The notes under the pieces are model-generated. The model made no database searches. It was given only the letters and a program-made list of their open reading frames with translations, and had not been told where the DNA came from. The translations under genes and the position numbers were made by a program. DNA of 12,654 nt, from the IMG/VR virus record IMGVR_UViG_3300029505_000002; one strand, given 5' to 3'. The stretch is from a virus. Its lineage: Duplodnaviria; Heunggongvirae; Uroviricota; Caudoviricetes. Of the stretch, positions 6,849 through 12,654 are shown in pieces (the first letter of the stretch is position 1; the number at the start of each line of letters is the position of its first letter).

Positions 6849-7352
6849 ATGAAAATAAAAAATGCTATAACAATAAAAAAAGCTAAAGCATCAGACAGAA
6901 CTATAATACAAAATTTGATTGTAAAATCAGATATTTATCATTACAATAATTGCATTTCTTTTAAGAATGAGTTCGATAATAATCCAGAAAAATACAATCA
7001 ACAATCTCTAACTTTAGTTGATAAAATTAATATAAGTGATTTTTATATTATGAATTTAAAAAATATTCCAATAGGAACAATTATGTCTTGGAATAACAAT
7101 GGAGAAACAACATTAATTAATTTTTATATTGAAAAAGAATATAGAAATCAAGGATATGGAAAAATTTTACTAAATTATGTAATAAAAAACATGAAAACAA
7201 CGTACTGTGTTTTATCTGTATTTAAAGAAAATAAAACTGCTTTAAATTTTTATTATCATTTTGGTTTTAAATTTCTTCAATTTGAAAAAACTAAAAGCGG
7301 AGATCTATTTTGGCTTATATACAGCAAAAATAAAAGGAGCAAAGGAAATTAA
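6849..7352 (+). CDS. GNAT-family N-acetyltransferase
   Basis: Acetyl-CoA motif A EYRNQGYGKILL and motif B NKTALNFYYHFGF; probable ATG 6849. Confidence 0.9.
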   Translation: MKIKNAITIKKAKASDRTIIQNLIVKSDIYHYNNCISFKNEFDNNPEKYNQQSLTLVDKINISDFYIMNLKNIPIGTIMSWNNNGETTLINFYIEKEYRNQGYGKILLNYVIKNMKTTYCVLSVFKENKTALNFYYHFGFKFLQFEKTKSGDLFWLIYSKNKRSKGN

Positions 7353-7376
7353 TCCTCTGCTCCTATTTTATTTTTT
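7326..7376. terminator. Bidirectional terminator overlapping two convergent stop codons
   Basis: AGGAGCAAAGGA-aattaa-TCCTCTGCTCCT with A-rich left flank and T-rich right flank. Confidence 0.7.
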
Positions 7377-7540
7377 AATTCTTTTAAACATTCTTTACAA
7401 AGATATACTTTAAGAATTCTAGAAGTTAAACAATCAACAACTACCTCATATACATTTTTTCTTGAACCACAATGTTCACAAGTTTTATTATTTATTTCTC
7501 TTCCAGCAACCACTTCTTTAGAAGAATTAATTGTTATCAT
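7349..7540 (-). CDS. Small zinc-finger-like phage protein
   Basis: CEHC...LCKEC pairs; probable ATG 7540 downstream of AGGAGA. Confidence 0.7.
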   Translation of the reverse strand: MITINSSKEVVAGREINNKTCEHCGSRKNVYEVVVDCLTSRILKVYLCKECLKELKNKIGAED

Positions 7541-7541
7541 T

Positions 7542-8012
7542 TTAATAGCCATCTCCTATATAATCCCAGTAGTCGCTTTCATCTGTTATATCACTAGCAT
7601 CTTCGTACATATCTAATCTAGCTCTTCTTTCCGCTTTATAATCTTCATTATAGTAACCTTTATCAGAATAATCATTATTATAATTTTCTTCTTCATATTC
7701 TTCTGAAAGTTCTTTTCCAATTATTTTTATATAAATATTATCTAAAAAATTATATACAAAATTATATTTATCATTGATTACTTTTAATATTCTTTTATAT
7801 TCTTCTATGCCATCAAAAGAACTTAACAATGGACGAAAATCTATTTCGTCTCTTAAATTTTTAAATTCTTCACAAATTTGTTTACCTTCGTAATATTTTT
7901 GTTTTTCATTAGAAGTATCTTTATAGTAATTACTATATTCTGTTTTATATTTTGTCCATCTTTCACAAAGTTCATTATATTTTTTATAAAACTTTTCTGA
8001 TCCTTTTGACAT
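7542..8012 (-). CDS. Hypothetical protein with acidic/aromatic C-terminal tail (156 aa)
   Basis: SD AGGTGA; tail rich in D/E/Y. Confidence 0.8.
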   Translation of the reverse strand: MSKGSEKFYKKYNELCERWTKYKTEYSNYYKDTSNEKQKYYEGKQICEEFKNLRDEIDFRPLLSSFDGIEEYKRILKVINDKYNFVYNFLDNIYIKIIGKELSEEYEEENYNNDYSDKGYYNEDYKAERRARLDMYEDASDITDESDYWDYIGDGY

Positions 8013-8028
8013 ATAATCACCTATATTT

Positions 8029-8280
8029 TTAGATCAATCCTGCTAAGAATGAATAATATAATTTAACTCCTAAATCTGTTTTTTTAATAATTTCAAGAGA
8101 ACTTTCTGGCATTGAACAATTAGTTTCTAAATAAAGTTCCATTATTAATTGAATCTTATCGTTCCAATCTTGAGAATTATTTGCTACCATTATTCTTGAT
8201 CTTACATCTTTTTTACCTAAGTGTTTCTTAATTTCAATTCCTTCGTTTTTCCATAACTCTAATAAGTTTTGATTTTCCAT
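8029..8280 (-). CDS. Stand-alone Cas8b C-terminal/Cas11-like protein, candidate anti-CRISPR (83 aa)
   Basis: SD AGGAGGG; pattern EGIEIKK...RIMVA...D...IMELY...MP...YYSFLAGLI matches my recollection of the helical C-terminus of type I-B Cas8. Confidence 0.55.
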   Translation of the reverse strand: MENQNLLELWKNEGIEIKKHLGKKDVRSRIMVANNSQDWNDKIQLIMELYLETNCSMPESSLEIIKKTDLGVKLYYSFLAGLI

Positions 8281-8352
8281 TATAAAATCCCTCCTGTTGT
8301 TTCTTTAATTAAGTATACAAAAAAATAATTACCTTGTTTTTAAAAAAATTAC

Positions 8353-8568
8353 CTAATATTCTAACTCTAGTTTTCCTGTTTTATAAGTAATCTTCATTTG
8401 CATTCCATTTTTGTCTGTTAAAACGCTGTAATGACTTCTGTGTTCTAATCTTACATTAGTAAAATTTTGATATACCCATCTTTCAATGATTCTTTCTTTA
8501 TATTCAGAAATAGTATCGACATGTTTCATGTTTCTGTGGAGATTTTCTACATCTACTATCTGTTTCAT
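8353..8568 (-). CDS. Hypothetical phage protein (71 aa)
   Basis: SD AAGGAG; own extended -10 promoter. Confidence 0.75.
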   Translation of the reverse strand: MKQIVDVENLHRNMKHVDTISEYKERIIERWVYQNFTNVRLEHRSHYSVLTDKNGMQMKITYKTGKLELEY

Positions 8569-8591
8569 TCTATCATCTCCTTTTTATATTT

Positions 8592-8600
8592 ATTATAACA
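8592..8600 (-). promoter_or_regulatory. Extended -10 promoter (TGTTATAAT)
   Basis: Reverse complement of ATTATAACA, just upstream of the SD of the 8568 gene. Confidence 0.55.
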
Positions 8601-8628
8601 TATAATAATACTATTTTTAATGAAAAAA

Positions 8629-8657
8629 TTTACTATTTTGATTTTTAGGTTTATAAT
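8629..8657 (+). promoter_or_regulatory. Sigma70-type promoter pointing into a non-coding gap
   Basis: TTTACT (8629-8634), 17 nt, TATAAT (8652-8657). Confidence 0.5.
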
Positions 8658-8663
8658 TCAATT

Positions 8664-8759
8664 GTTAATTTTTCAACTAAATACGCTCCAGAAAAGTTTT
8701 TTGAGAAGATTAAGGTCTTTGATACAGAGAAGGCAGAGAATAAAACCTCTGCCTTTTTT
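8664..8759 (+). ncRNA. Candidate ~95-nt small RNA
   Basis: + strand promoter and + strand terminator between two - strand genes, no ORF with SD. Confidence 0.4.
8730..8759 (+). terminator. Rho-independent terminator
   Basis: AAGGCAGAG-aataaaac-CTCTGCCTT followed by TTTT. Confidence 0.8.
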
Positions 8760-8771
8760 GTTTATTCAAAA

Positions 8772-8785
8772 TTCCGCATGCGGAA
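8772..8785. repeat. Perfect 14-bp GC-rich palindrome TTCCGCATGCGGAA
   Basis: Self-complementary, 3 nt after the stop of the 8789-9442 gene. Confidence 0.7.
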
Positions 8786-8788
8786 AAA

Positions 8789-9442
8789 TTAATCCATAAG
8801 TTTATTTTGGTCATCCATGTAAAACTCTTTACAAGTATCTTCTAAATCATATATAGTTTCACATAATTTGTTTATTTTCCAATAATAACTATATCCTTTA
8901 TCCATTATTCTGTTGTAAAACTCTTCTTTATACACAGGATTGAATTTTTCACTCAAAGTTTTTATTAATATTTTTCTACTTTCTATTATTTTATCTACAG
9001 CATCTTCGTTTAATATTTTATATCCATCACTTTCAAGTTGTGCTTTATTGAAGAAATCATACTTAAGTAAAAATACAGCTTTATTTTCTATTTCAATATG
9101 AGACATTATTTCTTCTGATTCTTTGCTACTGTAATCAAACAATTGTTTATGACTAATCATTTGACCTCTTACCATTTGTAAAAGCTCAAGAATATCAGAT
9201 TCATTATTAACTTCTTTAATAATAAAATTTTTAAATCTAGATTTTATATCAATTTGTTCTTCTGCAAATAATTCAAATTTATTTTTAGGTTCTGGTTCAA
9301 AATAATATTCATCATCATAATCATCTTCACAATATCTTGATCTTGATTGACTATAAGTATCCCAATCAATATTAGGATCATTAACATCAACTATATCTTC
9401 CATTAACATATCTTGCATATCTCTTGCATCATCTCTATCCAT
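8789..9442 (-). CDS. Hypothetical protein with highly acidic N-terminus (217 aa)
   Basis: SD AGGAGG; TATAAT on - strand at 9477-9482. Confidence 0.82.
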   Translation of the reverse strand: MDRDDARDMQDMLMEDIVDVNDPNIDWDTYSQSRSRYCEDDYDDEYYFEPEPKNKFELFAEEQIDIKSRFKNFIIKEVNNESDILELLQMVRGQMISHKQLFDYSSKESEEIMSHIEIENKAVFLLKYDFFNKAQLESDGYKILNEDAVDKIIESRKILIKTLSEKFNPVYKEEFYNRIMDKGYSYYWKINKLCETIYDLEDTCKEFYMDDQNKLMD

Positions 9443-9489
9443 AAGTTCCTCCTAATTTTATTTTTTCTTTTAAATCATTATACTATATT

Positions 9490-9918
9490 CTAAACTTTAA
9501 TGACAGGATATTTTGATAAATTTTTACAAATTAAATCTTCTATTTCCTTTTTATTTATTATATTGTTTTCATAAATAAGTTCCATATCAAACTTATCACT
9601 ATATTTTCTTACTGCTGGTTTATTAGAAATTCTTACTTTCTTAATATAAATTGCTTCATCGTCACATTCAAAAGGTATTCCTTCCATAATTAATACATTA
9701 AATAAATATTCAAACTCGTAGTATTGCACATTTGCTCCTCTTCCTAATAATATTTCAGAGGATTTTTTAAATTCTTCTAAAGTATTAAAATTCTCAGGAT
9801 ATACTTCATCTGGTGCTTGTCTTCTTATTAGTTCTAGCAAAGCATTAGCATAAAATAATGCTTGTTCTAAATTTTTAAATTCTTCTCTCCAATCTTCTGA
9901 AATGATAATTTCTACCAT
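9490..9918 (-). CDS. Hypothetical protein (142 aa)
   Basis: SD AGGAGG. Confidence 0.8.
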   Translation of the reverse strand: MVEIIISEDWREEFKNLEQALFYANALLELIRRQAPDEVYPENFNTLEEFKKSSEILLGRGANVQYYEFEYLFNVLIMEGIPFECDDEAIYIKKVRISNKPAVRKYSDKFDMELIYENNIINKKEIEDLICKNLSKYPVIKV

Positions 9919-9990
9919 GTTAAACCTCCTAAATTCTACTTTTTATGTTTACAAATTTAACAAAATAACCATTGGTATCAACTCCTATAT

Positions 9991-10019
9991 TTGACTTTAA
10001 CATTCATTTGTGATAGGTT
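9991..10019 (+). promoter_or_regulatory. Sigma70-type promoter
   Basis: TTGACT (9991-9996), 17 nt, TAGGTT (10014-10019) preceded by TGn. Confidence 0.5.
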
Positions 10020-10061
10020 AAGATATCTTTATTTGTTTAAAAAATTTGTTTGGAGGGAATC

Positions 10062-10709
10062 TTGACACCCCAAGAAATAAATGAAAATGGTATATTAACA
10101 ATTATTGCATCTGTAGTAATTACTTTGTTAGTTTCTTATTTTAAAAATAAAATAAAGAATGATAATACTCATGAAGAAAATTATAACAATCAATTTAATG
10201 AATTTTTAAAAGTTGCTAAAACTCAATTGGAACAAAGTGTAAAACTTAATGAGAGTTATAGGCATGAAATAACAGAAATAAAAAAACTTATTTTAAATCA
10301 ATCTAACATGAATGTTTCAGATTTTTCTACTTTCATGAAAACTACTTATTCTAATATCACTATGCAACTTGAAAAAGAAATGACTAAAATAATAGAAATA
10401 AATCATATAACTGTAGATACTTTAGATATTACTAATAGCAAAGTTGATAATACTGTAAATAATATTATCAATACTTCTGCTTATTCTTTACAGTTTTTAA
10501 ATTATGATTCTGAAACTTTAAATACTCTTATAACTTTTTATTCAAAAGAAAAGCCTACTATTCAGCAATTGTTTAAAGATATAGTTTCTGATTATGCTAA
10601 TTCTTCTTCTGATTATAGAAAAGCAGATGCAATAAGAAGAGTAGAAGAAAGTGTAAAGTATATTTATAACTCTTTTATTTCTAATTTATACGATGTAATG
10701 AATCATTAA
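10062..10709 (+). CDS. Membrane-anchored helical/coiled-coil protein
   Basis: Probable TTG 10062 with SD GGAGGG; N-terminal TM GILTIIASVVITLLVSYF then basic residues and a helical region. Confidence 0.75.
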   Translation: MTPQEINENGILTIIASVVITLLVSYFKNKIKNDNTHEENYNNQFNEFLKVAKTQLEQSVKLNESYRHEITEIKKLILNQSNMNVSDFSTFMKTTYSNITMQLEKEMTKIIEINHITVDTLDITNSKVDNTVNNIINTSAYSLQFLNYDSETLNTLITFYSKEKPTIQQLFKDIVSDYANSSSDYRKADAIRRVEESVKYIYNSFISNLYDVMNH

Positions 10710-10737
10710 AAAAAGGGAATCAAATCGATTCCCTTTT
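10708..10737. terminator. Bidirectional terminator between convergent genes
   Basis: AAAAGGGAATC-aaatc-GATTCCCTTTT. Confidence 0.85.
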
Positions 10738-10740
10738 GTT

Positions 10741-11010
10741 TTATTCTGTTAAAACATCCTTCATTATTGTTTCTAGCTTATCCATTTCACCTTTTATATA
10801 TATTGAAGATTTTTTTGTATTATCTAATAAAGGTTCTAATATTTCTTTTAGAAAAGCTTTTCTTTTAGGTTTAGTTTTTATAGAAATATCGTTATCTATT
10901 ACATAATCAGCTATTTCTTCTGCTATATCTGCTATAATTCCATCTATTTCTTGAATTAAATCTTCTATTTCATCTGCTTTATCAAGTATAATTTGTTCTA
11001 GTTCTTCCAA
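10741..11010 (-). CDS. Hypothetical acidic helical protein (89 aa)
   Basis: TTG start with SD AAGGAG. Confidence 0.75.
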   Translation of the reverse strand: MEELEQIILDKADEIEDLIQEIDGIIADIAEEIADYVIDNDISIKTKPKRKAFLKEILEPLLDNTKKSSIYIKGEMDKLETIMKDVLTE

Positions 11011-11025
11011 AAAAAATTCATCTCC

Positions 11026-11238
11026 TTATAATTTACTCATATATTCTTTCCAGTATTGTTTTTTTTCTTTTTCTTCGTCTTTATCATAAAGTTCTATTAA
11101 TTCTTCCCAAGACATTTCTTTTAATACATTGTAATCCCATGCTTTTTTATAATCATATGCTTTAATATGTGGTTCATCATCATATGGTTCTCTTTTTCCT
11201 TTTAAAGCATTGATTAAAAGATCTTTATTTATCTCCAT
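11026..11238 (-). CDS. Hypothetical phage protein
   Basis: Probable ATG 11238 with SD GGTGA, overlapping the upstream gene end. Confidence 0.7.
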   Translation of the reverse strand: MEINKDLLINALKGKREPYDDEPHIKAYDYKKAWDYNVLKEMSWEELIELYDKDEEKEKKQYWKEYMSKL

Positions 11239-11452
11239 CAGTATCACCATTCAATGATTTTTCATATTTAATTCTTCTTCTTAAAACTTCAATATAACCC
11301 CACATAAATGTTTGTTGTTCTATTAACATTTTTCTTTGGTAAAAATCTAATGTCATATATGGATCTGTTCCAATATACATTGTTAATTTTCTCCATTTAT
11401 CATGTAATTCTTTTTCTTCGTCAATCATTCTTTCTAAATATTCTGGATACAT
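11225..11452 (-). CDS. crAss001_48-like phage helical hairpin protein (75 aa)
   Basis: Pattern YLERMIDEEKEL..K..KL..Y.....Y..L...Q...L..Q...M..Y..VL..RI, recognised by eye. Confidence 0.65.
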   Translation of the reverse strand: MYPEYLERMIDEEKELHDKWRKLTMYIGTDPYMTLDFYQRKMLIEQQTFMWGYIEVLRRRIKYEKSLNGDTDGDK

Positions 11453-11453
11453 C

Positions 11454-11762
11454 TTAACTTTCTCTCCTTTTATCCACTATTTCGTAACCATCAATTTCTA
11501 CGTTTTCCCAATCTAAATATCTTGCTATTTTAGCAATCAATTCTAAAAGTTGAGCGTTTAAATAATAATTTTCATTTTCTGTTATCAAAGCATATTTTTT
11601 AACTGTTACTAAATCATCTTCTTCTTTTGAATATTGGAAAAAATCTGTTTGTTCAAAATTAAAAGAATACATAGGTACACTTGCATCTTCTATTGTAAGC
11701 ATTATATCAGCTTTAATAGTTCCATTTTCTTTTTTAGTTATTTCTATTTTAGTTTTATCCAT
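11454..11762 (-). CDS. Hypothetical phage protein
   Basis: Probable ATG 11762 with SD AAGGTGA. Confidence 0.75.
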   Translation of the reverse strand: MDKTKIEITKKENGTIKADIMLTIEDASVPMYSFNFEQTDFFQYSKEEDDLVTVKKYALITENENYYLNAQLLELIAKIARYLDWENVEIDGYEIVDKRRES

Positions 11763-11916
11763 TGATTTCACCTTCTAATTCTTTAATTCTTTTTTCTATA
11801 TGTCTGAATTCAGTAATTAACTTATGATTATAGCTATCTGAATAGCTCCATATAGTTTTATCTTTTATTTTTTGTAATTGTTTTTTCAATTCATCAACTT
11901 CGTATTCTTTTTCCAT
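11755..11916 (-). CDS. Small hypothetical protein (53 aa), absent from the ORF track
   Basis: MEKEYEVDELKKQLQKIKDKTIWSYSDSYNHKLITEFRHIEKRIKELEGEING; SD AGGAG at 11924-11928; fills the gap and overlaps the next start. Confidence 0.75.
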   Translation of the reverse strand: MEKEYEVDELKKQLQKIKDKTIWSYSDSYNHKLITEFRHIEKRIKELEGEING

Positions 11917-11927
11917 TCCTTTTCTCC

Positions 11928-12116
11928 TTATATATTATATTCTTTTTTTAAAACTTTAATTAAATCTTCAATTTGGCTATGAGATAGTTTTATAATTGCT
12001 TTTTCTACACTTACATCACCATTTAATTCATCAAAATTAATGAAACTTCTTTCTCCTATTGTTTTGCCATCACAATTAATTGTAATCTTTATTTCTACAT
12101 TTTTAATATCTTTCAT
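11928..12116 (-). CDS. Hypothetical phage protein (62 aa)
   Basis: ATG 2 nt after the upstream stop, SD-like AAGGATGA. Confidence 0.72.
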   Translation of the reverse strand: MKDIKNVEIKITINCDGKTIGERSFINFDELNGDVSVEKAIIKLSHSQIEDLIKVLKKEYNI

Positions 12117-12118
12117 TA

Positions 12119-12313
12119 TTAATCATCCTTGTATAAAGTAACAACATTATGTTCTTCATCTTCTATTAAACCATCAATATAATGTTTGTTATAACAAATT
12201 TCACTTTCGTTATATCCATCTACCCAATTATCTATCTATTCTTCTGACTCAAAAACTACTTCTGAATCTGGATTACATTTTTTAAGTTTTTCTATTAGTT
12301 CTTTAATCTTCAT
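12119..12313 (-). pseudogene. Amber-interrupted paralog of the 12303-12497 gene
   Basis: MKIKELIEKLKKCNPDSEVVFESEE*IDNWVDGYNESEICYNKHYIDGLIEDEEHNVVTLYKDD; in-frame TAG at 12236-12238. Confidence 0.7.
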
Positions 12314-12497
12314 ATATTTCCTTCGCAATATAAACTATATCGTCTTCTAATGATTTGCCTATCTGATCTATATCTTTTTCATTTTCGATAAAATATGTTG
12401 ACCAAAAGCCATCATCATTAATTTTTACTTCTGCAATTTTTACTTCAAAATCAGGATCATAATTTTCTAATTGTTCTATTAATTCCTTTACTTTCAT
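12303..12497 (-). CDS. Small phage protein with MKVKELIEQL...DPD.EV N-terminus
   Basis: ATG 12497 with SD GGAGG; N-terminal motif common in small phage proteins. Confidence 0.75.
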   Translation of the reverse strand: MKVKELIEQLENYDPDFEVKIAEVKINDDGFWSTYFIENEKDIDQIGKSLEDDIVYIAKEIYED

Positions 12498-12499
12498 TA

Positions 12500-12652
12500 T
12501 TACCTCCACTTTTCTTCATAAATAATAAGTGCGCTATATTCTGTTTTATATCCAATAGAACTAGTTGAAAATTTTATATCTTTTATCTTTTCTTCATTTT
12601 CTATAAAATCATTTATTTCTTGTTGTAAATCTAAATAATCTAAACTTGTTAA
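12500..12652 (-). CDS. Partial Cse60 (DUF2758)-like small protein, 5' end outside the window
   Basis: ...DLQQEINDFIENEEKIKDIKFSTSSIGYKTEYSALIIYEEKWR*; the IN.F...I.DIK[FY]S...YSALIIY pattern is characteristic. Confidence 0.6.
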   Translation of the reverse strand, partial: LTSLDYLDLQQEINDFIENEEKIKDIKFSTSSIGYKTEYSALIIYEEKWR

Positions 12653-12654
12653 TA

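Noticed and set aside
6262..9980. Shared 9-mer TTGGTATCA at 6262-6270 and 9972-9980 upstream of + strand membrane genes
   Set aside because: Only two copies, at different distances from the starts; the second overlaps a plausible - strand -35 (TTGATA); chance cannot be excluded
1..12654. Genome-wide TAG reassignment (alternative genetic code)
   Set aside because: Only one in-frame TAG was found; long genes are intact in code 11, and reading through the TAG stops at 6680, 8353 and 9490 adds only a few residues

Overview
Very AT-rich, densely coding window that looks like phage/prophage accessory DNA; no capsid, terminase or integrase is visible, so this is an inference. Left half (105-6122, + strand): a tightly coupled operon with four radical SAM enzymes (CxxxCxxC), one degenerate SPASM-like protein, several small beta-rich ORFs and a 117-aa putative substrate ending in a Cys-x-x-x repeat tail (NCYS-NCHS-NCHS-NCHS-NCNCDRC). 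This is a candidate RiPP-like or protein-modification system. Middle: a candidate ~75-nt RNA, a holin-like membrane protein ending on an A9 slippery run that opens a start-less 55-codon -1 frame with a beta-hairpin-like, Phe-terminated tail, and a GNAT acetyltransferase. Right half: mostly small - strand phage early-type genes. These include a stand-alone protein resembling the Cas8b C-terminus/Cas11 (candidate decoy anti-CRISPR), two proteins sharing an acidic EDxxD[IV]xDxxxxWD motif, a crAss001_48-like protein, an amber-interrupted paralog and a second candidate sRNA. All family assignments come from motif recognition by eye, not database searches.
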